Assembly: GCA_031367385.1 (NCBI GenBank)
Contig: JANLPS010000436.1
Coordinates: 1 to 12,797, forward strand
Direction of reading: 5' to 3'
Length of the DNA stretch: 12,797 nucleotides
Source: Archangium sp.
GTDB lineage: Bacteria > Myxococcota > Myxococcia > Myxococcales > Myxococcaceae
Shown here in pieces: positions 5,294 to 12,204 of the stretch. How positions within the stretch are numbered: position 1 is the first letter of the stretch; each line of letters begins with the position of its first letter. The notes under the pieces were generated by a model. The model did no database searches. It was not told the DNA's origin and saw only the letters and a list, made by a program, of their open reading frames with translations. The translations under genes were made by a program, and so were the position numbers.

Positions 5294-8149
5294 TCATTTC
5301 ACCGCTTCGGTGCATCGGTCGCACAGCTCCTGGGGGCCCACTTCGACCCGAAACAGCCAACATCTCGGGCACTTATGGCCCAGAGCAGGCAGCACCTCGG
5401 CCTTCAGCGCCCCGGCCGGCTGGGCCTTGTCACCTGCGGTTTCGGTCAGCTCGACCTGGCTCACGATGAAGAGCTCTGCCAGCGAGGAGGCGTACTTGGC
5501 GAGCAGGGCCTTGGTCTCGCCAGTCGCGGTCAAGACCAGGCGCGCTTCAATCGACTTGCCGATCAGCTTGTCGCGACGAGCGGCCTCGAGCAGGGGCAGC
5601 ACCGCGCGGCGAACCTCGAACAACGCGTCATAGTCACGCACCACGGCGTCGTCGGCCACCCCACGCGACTCGGGGAACGTGGCGAGGAAAACCGACTTGG
5701 TCTTTTTGCCCGGCAGGTAGCTCCAGGCTTCTTCGCAGGTGAAGCTGGTGATTGGCGCCAGGGCGATCAACAGGTCATGCGCGATGCGATGCATGGCGGT
5801 CTGCGCGCTGCGGCGTGACCGACCGCCTGACTTGCCGGCGTAGAGGTTGTCTTTTTGAATGTCGAAGTACATCGCCGACAGGTCGGTGGCGCAGAAGTCG
5901 ATGATCGAGTGGTAGACCAGGTGAAATTCGTACGCGTCGTAGGCCTTCTTGACCGTCTCGAGCAGCCCGTCGAGCTTCGAGAGCGCCCAGCGGTCGAGCG
6001 GCAGCAGGTCACCCACCGGCAACGCGTCTTTGCTCGGGTCGAAGTCGTAGAGGTTCGAGAGCGCATATCGCACGGTGTTGCGAATCTTGCGGTAGCCCTC
6101 GGCGCGGTCATCGAGAATCGAATTCGAGAGCCGCACGTCGTCGCGGTAGTCGCTCGAAGCGACCCAGATGCGCATCACCTCGGCGCCGTACTTCTTGGTG
6201 ATTTCATCGGGGCCGACGGTGTTGCCCTCTGACTTCGACATCTTCTTGCCGCTGCCGTCGACCACGAAGCCGTGGGTCAGGCAGGTCTTGTAGGGGGCGA
6301 AGCCGCGGGTCGCGACGCCGACCAGCAGTGAGCTGTGAAACCAGCCGCGGTGCTGATCAGACCCTTCGAGGTACAAGTCGGTCGGTATCGACATGTTGGG
6401 CCGTTTCGCGGCCACCGCGGCGAAGCTCGACGCCGAGTCGAACCACACGTCGAGAATGTCGGTCTCTTTGCGAAACTTCGTGCCCGCGCACTTCGAGCAG
6501 CTGGCGCCAGGCGGCAAGAATTGCTCGACCGGCGTCGAGTACCAGACGCCCGCTCCGGTCTTTTCGACCGCGTCGGCCACCCGGTGCATCATCTTCACGT
6601 CGACGAAGGCCTCGTCGCACCCTTCGCAGAGCGCCATCACGATTGGCACACCCCAGGTGCGCTGCCGCGAGATGCACCAGTCGGGTCGGCCCTCGAGCAT
6701 GCTGTAGATGCGGTCGCGGCCCCACTTGGGCACCCAGGTGACCTTCTCGTCGATGGCCTGCAGCGCGTCTTTGCGCAGGCCCGTCTTGTCGAGCGAGATG
6801 AACCACTGGTTGGTGGCGCGGTAGATGACGTCGTTGCTGCACCTCCAACAGATGGGGTAGCTGTTGGTGACCGTCTCGGTGGGCGCGTTGAGCAGCACGC
6901 CGCGCTCGACCAGCTGCGCGATGACCAGCGGGTTCGCCTCGGAGACCTTCTTGCCCTCGAAGCGCGGCCCGACCGTCTCGTCGAAGCGGCCGTCGTTGCG
7001 AATCGGCGCGTAGATGTCGAGCCCGTACTTGAGGCCGACCTCGTAGTCTTCTTGCCCGTGCCCCGGAGCGGTGTGCACGAGCCCAGTGCCGGCCTCGAGC
7101 GTCACGTGGTCTCCGACGATGATGGGCGAGGTGCGCTCGTAGAACACGTGCTTGTAGGTGAGCCCCTCGAGGTCGCTGCCCGAGGCGTAGGCCAAGATGC
7201 GCTGCGGCTCATTGAGGGCCGAGACGTCGAAGCTGCCTTCGCCCAACTTCACCTGCGCCTGCTTGAGGTGCCCCGGCGCGATGACCGAGAGCACGCTGGC
7301 GAGCATGTCTTTGCTCAAGACCAGCACGCGCTTCTCATCGAGCTCGTAGAAGACGTACTCGAACTTCGGGTTCACGCTGATCGCCAGGTTGGCCGGCAGC
7401 GTCCACGGAGTCGTCGTCCAAATGGCGAACGACACGTTTTTGCCCTTGAGCGCCGGCCACTTCGCGCCCAAATCTTCAACCGCGGGAAAAGCGACGTACA
7501 CCGACGGAGAGACGTGCTTCTCGTTGTACTCGACCTCGTTCTCGGCGAGCGCAGTGGCGTGGGTCAGGCACCAGTAGACCGGCTTTTTCTTTCGGTAGAG
7601 CAGGCCCTTCTCGGCGATGGTCGCCAGCTCGCGAATTTCTTGCGCCTCGTAGTCGAACGAGAGCGTCATGTAGGGCTCGGCCCAGCGGCCCAGCACGCCC
7701 ATGCGCTTGAACTCGGTGCGCTGCACGTCGATGAACTCGAGCGCGTACTCGCGGCACTTGGCCAAGAACTCTTCTTTGGGCAGCGTGCGGCGATCGATTT
7801 TCTTCGCCGACAGCCGCTTCTCGACGGCTTGCTCGATGGGCAGGCCGTGGCAGTCCCACCCGGGCACGAAGTCGGCGAGGCGACCGGCGAGGTTTTGGTA
7901 CTTCACCACGATGTCTTTGAGAATCTTGTTGAGCGCGTGACCGGCGTGCAGGTTGCCGTTGGCGTACGGAGGCCCATCGTGCAGCACGAACGGCGTCGCG
8001 CCTTTGCGCGCTTCGATCATCGCCGCGAAGACCGCTTCTTTCTCCCAGAACTCGAGGATCTTGGGCTCGAGCACCGCCAAGTTGCCCTTCATGGGGAACT
8101 CGGTCTGCGGCTTGTTGATCGTGTACTCTTTCGGCGCGGGCTCGCTCAT
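5294..8149 (-). CDS. ileS: Isoleucine--tRNA ligase, type 1 (951 aa)
   Basis: ATG 8149 (MSEPAPKEY...TEFPMKGNL). LHDGPPYANG-HAGH (HIGH-like), GWDCHGLPIE, WTTTPWTLP, GTGLVHTAPGHG, WCISRQR, EGSDQHRGWF, KMSKS, C-terminal Zn finger CPRCW...CDRC. Confidence 0.99.
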   Translation of the reverse strand: MSEPAPKEYTINKPQTEFPMKGNLAVLEPKILEFWEKEAVFAAMIEARKGATPFVLHDGPPYANGNLHAGHALNKILKDIVVKYQNLAGRLADFVPGWDCHGLPIEQAVEKRLSAKKIDRRTLPKEEFLAKCREYALEFIDVQRTEFKRMGVLGRWAEPYMTLSFDYEAQEIRELATIAEKGLLYRKKKPVYWCLTHATALAENEVEYNEKHVSPSVYVAFPAVEDLGAKWPALKGKNVSFAIWTTTPWTLPANLAISVNPKFEYVFYELDEKRVLVLSKDMLASVLSVIAPGHLKQAQVKLGEGSFDVSALNEPQRILAYASGSDLEGLTYKHVFYERTSPIIVGDHVTLEAGTGLVHTAPGHGQEDYEVGLKYGLDIYAPIRNDGRFDETVGPRFEGKKVSEANPLVIAQLVERGVLLNAPTETVTNSYPICWRCSNDVIYRATNQWFISLDKTGLRKDALQAIDEKVTWVPKWGRDRIYSMLEGRPDWCISRQRTWGVPIVMALCEGCDEAFVDVKMMHRVADAVEKTGAGVWYSTPVEQFLPPGASCSKCAGTKFRKETDILDVWFDSASSFAAVAAKRPNMSIPTDLYLEGSDQHRGWFHSSLLVGVATRGFAPYKTCLTHGFVVDGSGKKMSKSEGNTVGPDEITKKYGAEVMRIWVASSDYRDDVRLSNSILDDRAEGYRKIRNTVRYALSNLYDFDPSKDALPVGDLLPLDRWALSKLDGLLETVKKAYDAYEFHLVYHSIIDFCATDLSAMYFDIQKDNLYAGKSGGRSRRSAQTAMHRIAHDLLIALAPITSFTCEEAWSYLPGKKTKSVFLATFPESRGVADDAVVRDYDALFEVRRAVLPLLEAARRDKLIGKSIEARLVLTATGETKALLAKYASSLAELFIVSQVELTETAGDKAQPAGALKAEVLPALGHKCPRCWLFRVEVGPQELCDRCTEAVK

Positions 8150-8227
8150 GGGGTCTCGCACTAGTCCGACTGACTGCGTCAGGCAATCTGACGAACGCGC
8201 CTGACTGAAGAGAGTAGACCTCCAGGC

Positions 8228-8530
8228 ATGAATACTCCCAAGGCGCTGCCCGAGGCCGATGTGCGTGACTTCTTGAAGGCCCACCCCGGGTGGGACGCGG
8301 AGAGCGGCAAGCTCACCCGCACCTGGGAATTCGAGACGTTTCCCCGGGCGCTGCGCTTCGTGAACAAGGTGGCCGAGCTGGCCGAAGCGGCCAACCACCA
8401 CCCCGACATCGACATTCGGTGGAAGAAAATCACCCTCGCCTACGTCACCCACGACGCCGGCAACGCCATCACCGCGCTTGATACGCGGCTGGCCCACGAG
8501 TCAGACCTGGTCTCGAAGACGACCTCGTAA
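8228..8530 (+). CDS. phhB: Pterin-4-alpha-carbinolamine dehydratase (100 aa)
   Basis: LTRTWEFETF..AL.FVNKVAELAEAANHHPDI and THDAGNAITALD..LA signatures. Confidence 0.93.
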   Translation: MNTPKALPEADVRDFLKAHPGWDAESGKLTRTWEFETFPRALRFVNKVAELAEAANHHPDIDIRWKKITLAYVTHDAGNAITALDTRLAHESDLVSKTTS

Positions 8531-8541
8531 AAAACACGTGA

Positions 8542-8567
8542 TCCTTCGACAGGCTCAGGATGAGAGG
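8542..8567 (+). repeat. REP-like half element (CCTTCGACAGGCTCAGGATGAGAGG)
   Basis: Matches from memory one arm of a widespread intergenic palindromic repeat type (CCTTCGACANGCTCAGG..., partner arm CCTGAGCNTGTCGAAGG). No intact partner arm is present here. Confidence 0.55.
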
Positions 8568-8672
8568 GGGCGTGTCCGGACGAGCGGGGCCTGTCCGGAT
8601 GAGAGGGGCCTGTCCGGATGAGAGGGGCCTGTCCGGGTGAGCGGGGCCTGTCCGGATGAGAGGGGCCTGTCC
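8558..8672 (+). repeat. Tandem repeat, 6 copies of 19-bp unit GGATGAGAGGGGCCTGTCC
   Basis: Copies start at 8558 (20 bp, degenerate), 8578, 8597, 8616, 8635 and 8654. Copies 3, 4 and 6 are identical. There are no spacers. It sits in the intergenic space between convergent genes. Confidence 0.95.
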
Positions 8673-8728
8673 GCCCGTCGGTACGCTCTGCGTTGGCTGG
8701 AGCGCTCCGTCGGCCGGGGTGCGGCGAC

Positions 8729-9118
8729 TTAGGCCTTCTTCTCTTCTTTCGGCTTCTTGCCGGCCTTCGCGGTGCTGCCCTCGAAGATCGCCTTGAACTC
8801 GGCGGCAGGCTGCTTCTTGGTCGACAGCACGGCGTTCACCGCGCGAAAGATCTTGGTGCGAACCTTCTTCGAGACGGGCTTGTCGCCGAGAGCCGAGTTG
8901 AGCTGACCCTCTGAGACGCCCCGGCCCAGGCCCGCGGGCTTGGTCAGGTTGAGCTCGGCGTACTTCTTCGCCGCGTTCTCTTTGTCTTTACGCTTGGCGA
9001 CGCGCTTGACCAGCATCGTGCGACCGGCGCTGTCGAGCGCTTCGATGCGTTTGCTGGTGGTGACGACCTGCGCGGGGGTGATGCTCTTGCTGTCTAAAAA
9101 CGTCTTCAACGTGCCCAT
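8729..9118 (-). CDS. Lysine-rich hypothetical protein, possible XRE-like HTH with insertion (129 aa)
   Basis: ATG 9118 preceded by GGAG. Strongly biased codon usage, very basic sequence. The fold call is inference. Confidence 0.8.
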   Translation of the reverse strand: MGTLKTFLDSKSITPAQVVTTSKRIEALDSAGRTMLVKRVAKRKDKENAAKKYAELNLTKPAGLGRGVSEGQLNSALGDKPVSKKVRTKIFRAVNAVLSTKKQPAAEFKAIFEGSTAKAGKKPKEEKKA

Positions 9119-9267
9119 GGCTGCTCCAAAAGTTCGAGGGCCCAGATCCAAAGGCCATGAAAGGGCGCCTCTCTTCCTACATCTGGTGGCCCATTGCAAC
9201 CCGGCTCGATTGCAGGTCTTTCGAAAGGGGGGCGGGCGCTTTTCGAACGATTGTCGTACGGAGGAAC

Positions 9268-9296
9268 TTGATCCGCTGGGGGCACTCGTGTATTGC
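9268..9296 (+). promoter_or_regulatory. Putative sigma70-type promoter of rpsN-rpmB
   Basis: TTGATC (9268-9273), 17-bp spacer, TATTGC (9291-9296), then the GC-rich discriminator-like GCCGGCCC. Confidence 0.4.
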
Positions 9297-9333
9297 GCCG
9301 GCCCTTCCCGTAAGAAACGGACACTTTAAACAC

Positions 9334-9639
9334 ATGGCGAAGACTTCTTCCGTCAACAAGAACAACCGTCGCAAGGCCATTGTCGCGAAGTTTCGCGATC
9401 GCCGTATGGCCATCAAAGCGACCATCAAGAACCCCAAGACTTCGGCTGATGATCGAGCGGCAGCGTTCGTTCAATTGCAGAAGTTGCCCAAAGACTCGAA
9501 CCCGATTCGAGTGACTTTGCGCTGCGAGCTCACCGGTCGCCCCCGCGGCAACCTGCGTAAGTTCGGTCTCTCGCGCATCAAGTTTCGCGAGAAGGCCCTC
9601 GCCGGCGAGCTGACTGGCGTCGTCAAGGCCAGCTGGTAA
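9334..9639 (+). CDS. rpsN: 30S ribosomal protein S14, long zinc-free (C-) form (101 aa)
   Basis: [10 protein letters not shown]...[10 protein letters not shown]...[10 protein letters not shown]...[24 protein letters not shown]. Only one Cys, no CxxC pairs. Confidence 0.97.
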   Translation: MAKTSSVNKNNRRKAIVAKFRDRRMAIKATIKNPKTSADDRAAAFVQLQKLPKDSNPIRVTLRCELTGRPRGNLRKFGLSRIKFREKALAGELTGVVKASW

Positions 9640-9676
9640 TTCACCGCCTTTCTTTTACGAATTCTGGAGCAGTGTC

Positions 9677-9910
9677 ATGAGCAAGGTCTGTGAAGTGACG
9701 GGCAAACGCCCGATGGTTGGCAACAACGTCAGCCACGCAAACAACAAGACGAAGACCCGTTCGTTGCCGAACTTGCAGAAGCACCGCTTCTGGGTCGCCA
9801 GCCAGAAGAAGTGGGTCACGCTGAAGGTGTCGGCCCACGGGCTGCGCATCATCAACAAGCGCGGCATCGACAGGGTCGTGATGGAGCTGCAGAAGGCCGG
9901 CACGATTTAA
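9677..9910 (+). CDS. rpmB: 50S ribosomal protein L28, zinc-free (C-) form (77 aa)
   Basis: [39 protein letters not shown]...VSAHGLR. Single Cys. Confidence 0.97.
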   Translation: MSKVCEVTGKRPMVGNNVSHANNKTKTRSLPNLQKHRFWVASQKKWVTLKVSAHGLRIINKRGIDRVVMELQKAGTI

Positions 9911-9933
9911 GTCGGTCGTTGCTTTTGATGCTC

Positions 9934-9976
9934 GACGAGCCGCTGCTCCCGTCTGGGGCCGCGGCTCTTGTCTTGT
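9934..9976 (+). terminator. Putative intrinsic terminator after rpmB
   Basis: GAGCCGC-T-GCTCC / GGGGC-C-GCGGCTC hairpin (9937-9967) followed by the U-rich TTGTCTTGT. Confidence 0.55.
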
Positions 9977-9979
9977 GAA

Positions 9980-10318
9980 ATGGGCCGCCCGACGCTGTTG
10001 ATCTGCCGCAGTTGCAGGCGCAAAGGCGCCGCGACCGACGCGTGGTCTGGCGAGGTCTTGTACCAGGCCGTCAAGGCGCTGCGAAAAGAGCGGCACCTCA
10101 AAGAGGTCTTCGAGCTCGAGGGCGTCAACTGCCTTCGCTTGTGCGACACCCCATGCAACCTTCAGCTCGAGGGCAAGAAGCGCTCGACGGTGACGCGAAG
10201 CGAGGTCAACGCGCTGGTCGAGCCGCAGCAGGTCGTTGACGCGGCCTGCGCCTACGCCCGCCTCGAACCGGGTGAAGAGCTGCCCGATCGCTGGTTGCCG
10301 GGCGTGTTCGCCGACTGA
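9980..10318 (+). CDS. DUF1636-like putative metal-binding protein (112 aa)
   Basis: TLLICRSC at the N-terminus, G..LY.A, and the V.CLxxCxxPC cysteine pattern typical of DUF1636 / thioredoxin-like ferredoxin fold. Start taken at ATG 9980 (TTG 9968 is an alternative). Confidence 0.75.
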   Translation: MGRPTLLICRSCRRKGAATDAWSGEVLYQAVKALRKERHLKEVFELEGVNCLRLCDTPCNLQLEGKKRSTVTRSEVNALVEPQQVVDAACAYARLEPGEELPDRWLPGVFAD

Positions 10319-10373
10319 TCGACGGCCTGCAGTTGCATTGCCGGGGCTGGTGTTGATAGATCTGCATACGATT

Positions 10374-10390
10374 TTGAGAATCATTCTCAA
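10374..10390 (+). promoter_or_regulatory. Fur-family operator (perfect 8-1-8 palindrome)
   Basis: TTGAGAAT-C-ATTCTCAA, 12 bp upstream of ATG 10403. Matches the 7-1-7 Fur-family architecture (TGATAAT-N-ATTATCA, TGAAAAT-N-ATTTTCA). A -35-like TTGATA lies at 10353-10358. Confidence 0.8.
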
Positions 10391-10402
10391 TTCGCCAAAT
10401 CG

Positions 10403-10912
10403 ATGAAAACCCTCACTCTTTTTCTGCTGTTGGCCATCGCCTGTGGTTCGCCCGCGACGGGCACGACGACCTCAGGCGCTCCGGCATTCGCGCGCGACTT
10501 TCAAGAATACGACTCGTGGGAGCCCTTCATGCTGCCCGGCACCGACGCCGACGCGCTCGATGGCGGCTCGGTGCACACCGCCGGCCCCCGCACGATTTTC
10601 TTGAATCAGCGGCCGCCCAAGGGGGCGACCGAATTTCCCGTCGGTACGATGATCGTCAAGCAGGGCACCTTCACCACCTTCGCGATGCACAAGCGCGGCG
10701 GCACCTACAACGCCAAGGGCGCCCACGGCTGGGAGTGGCTGGAGCTGCAAAAAAACAGCGCCGGCCAGGTGGTGATTGTCTGGCAGGGGTTGGGGCCTCC
10801 GGCGGGTGAGAAGTACGGAGACATCAACGTGACCTGCAACGACTGCCACAGCGCGGCCAGCAGCAACGACTCGGTGCTCTCGCTGCAAATGCAGCTCAGG
10901 GCGTTGGAGTAA
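10403..10912 (+). CDS. Monoheme cytochrome P460/c'-beta-like lipoprotein (169 aa)
   Basis: Lipoprotein signal MKTLTLFLLLAIAC. FPVGTMIVKQ, FAMHKR, GWEW and a C-terminal CNDCH heme-c motif, in the order typical of the P460 fold. Confidence 0.75.
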   Translation: MKTLTLFLLLAIACGSPATGTTTSGAPAFARDFQEYDSWEPFMLPGTDADALDGGSVHTAGPRTIFLNQRPPKGATEFPVGTMIVKQGTFTTFAMHKRGGTYNAKGAHGWEWLELQKNSAGQVVIVWQGLGPPAGEKYGDINVTCNDCHSAASSNDSVLSLQMQLRALE

Positions 10913-11744
10913 TTCGCAGCTCGGTGCGTACGTCCCACAGCTCGGGGAAGAAGGTCAGCTCGAGGGCCTTCTGCAAGAAGCCGACGCCGGAGCTGCCTCC
11001 GGTGCCCATGCGGTGGCCGATGATGCGGTGCACGGTCTTCAGGTGTCGAAAGCGCCAGAGGGCGAAGCGTTCTTCGACGTCGACCAGTTTTTCGCACATC
11101 TCGTACGCGTCCCAGTGCTCGTCGGGGTGCTCGTAGATGGTGCGAAACACGTTCATCACCTCGGTGCTGCGCTCGTAGGGCTTGGTGAAGTCGCGCTCGA
11201 GCTTGTCGGCGGGTATCGGCAGGCCCTGGCGGGCGAGGTGCTGCAGAAATTCGTCGTACAGGCTGCGTTGGTGAAGGCGCTTCTCGAGCCAGGCGTGCAG
11301 CTGCGGCGAGGTGCGGTGGGGCAGCAGCGCGTTGGGGTCTTTGTTGCCCAGCATGAACTCGATGGCCCGGTACTGGTGCGATTGAAACCCGCTCGAGCGA
11401 CCCAACGCGTCGCGAAAGGCCAAGTACTCATTGGGCGTCATGGTCTCGAGCACCGACCACTGCTCGAACAACATGCGTTGAATCTGCGCCACCCGGGCGA
11501 AGATCTTGAAGCTCGCCTCGAGCTGGTCTTTCTGCACGTAGATCAGCGCCGCATCGAGCTCGTGGAGCATCAGCTTCATCCACAGCTCGCTGGTCTGGTG
11601 CTGAATGATGAACAGCACCTCGTCGTGCGAGCCCGAGCGGGGCTGCTGAATCGAGAGCAGGGTGTCGAGCTTCAGGTAGCCGCCGTAACTTTCGGGGGCC
11701 GGCACGTCGACGTGAATGCCTTTTTCGAGCTCGCGGGTATTCAT
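10896..11744 (-). CDS. kynA: Tryptophan 2,3-dioxygenase (282 aa)
   Basis: SYGGYLKLDTLLSIQ, HDEVLFIIQHQTSELWMK, SSGFQSHQYR, WRFRHLKTVHRIIG..MGTGGSSG, FFPELWDVRT. Start at ATG 11744. The 3' end overlaps the convergent cytochrome gene by 17 bp. Confidence 0.97.
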   Translation of the reverse strand: MNTRELEKGIHVDVPAPESYGGYLKLDTLLSIQQPRSGSHDEVLFIIQHQTSELWMKLMLHELDAALIYVQKDQLEASFKIFARVAQIQRMLFEQWSVLETMTPNEYLAFRDALGRSSGFQSHQYRAIEFMLGNKDPNALLPHRTSPQLHAWLEKRLHQRSLYDEFLQHLARQGLPIPADKLERDFTKPYERSTEVMNVFRTIYEHPDEHWDAYEMCEKLVDVEERFALWRFRHLKTVHRIIGHRMGTGGSSGVGFLQKALELTFFPELWDVRTELRITPTP

Positions 11745-11754
11745 GGGTGACAGC

Positions 11755-12204
11755 TCACTCCATTTTCGAGTCGGCGAGGGCCTTCGCACCCGCTCGACCG
11801 CGCGGGAGCACGACATTTTCAACCGTCTGCGGGCCGGCGTCGTCGACCCAGCCGGGGGGCAGGCGGCCGGTGCGCGAGAGCATGCGGTACTTCTGGTAGT
11901 GCGCCGCGCAGTACCCCTTGCTGCGCGCCGGCCGCTTGCAGCCGATGACCGCACACTGCCGGTCGGTGTTGGCGACGCGAGCGACGGTCACCGAGCCCTT
12001 GGGTCTGCCGGGGCCACGCTGGTGTGGGAGCACCAACTTCTTGGGCCGCCCGGGGCCGCGCTTGAGGGGTTGACCCAGGGCGATCGCGAGTCGCTCCATC
12101 GCGGCGCTCCGGGTCTGGAGCTCGGCGATGCTCGCCAGAAGTGGCGCCAGCATCGCCTTCACCTCGTGGTGAATCAGCTCGCGAATGGCTCGGTCGACCG
12201 ACAT
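11755..12204 (-). CDS. VegA-like myxobacterial vegetative protein (coiled coil, AT-hook-like motifs, C3H Zn motif; 149 aa)
   Basis: MSVDRAIRELI N-terminus, two RGPGRPK motifs, CAVIGCKRPARSKGYCAAHYQK and LPRGRAGAKAL, all resembling M. xanthus VegA as I recall it. Alternative start ATG 12234. Confidence 0.8.
   Translation of the reverse strand: MSVDRAIRELIHHEVKAMLAPLLASIAELQTRSAAMERLAIALGQPLKRGPGRPKKLVLPHQRGPGRPKGSVTVARVANTDRQCAVIGCKRPARSKGYCAAHYQKYRMLSRTGRLPPGWVDDAGPQTVENVVLPRGRAGAKALADSKME

Noticed and set aside
6335..8164. 609-aa + strand ORF antisense to ileS
   Set aside because: It lies almost entirely antisense to ileS, as expected for a shadow ORF caused by high-GC codon bias. No recognisable motifs.
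8150..8227. T-box riboswitch upstream of ileS
   Set aside because: The spacer is only 78 bp and has no T-box consensus (TGGNACCGCG-type antiterminator bulge).
8150..8497. N-terminal extension of IleRS to 1067 aa in the ORF track
   Set aside because: It overlaps the clearly real phhB on the opposite strand. IleRS homology starts near ATG 8149.
8558..8672. Possible CRISPR array
   Set aside because: The units are directly adjacent with no unique spacers, the period is only 19 bp, and no cas genes are in the window.
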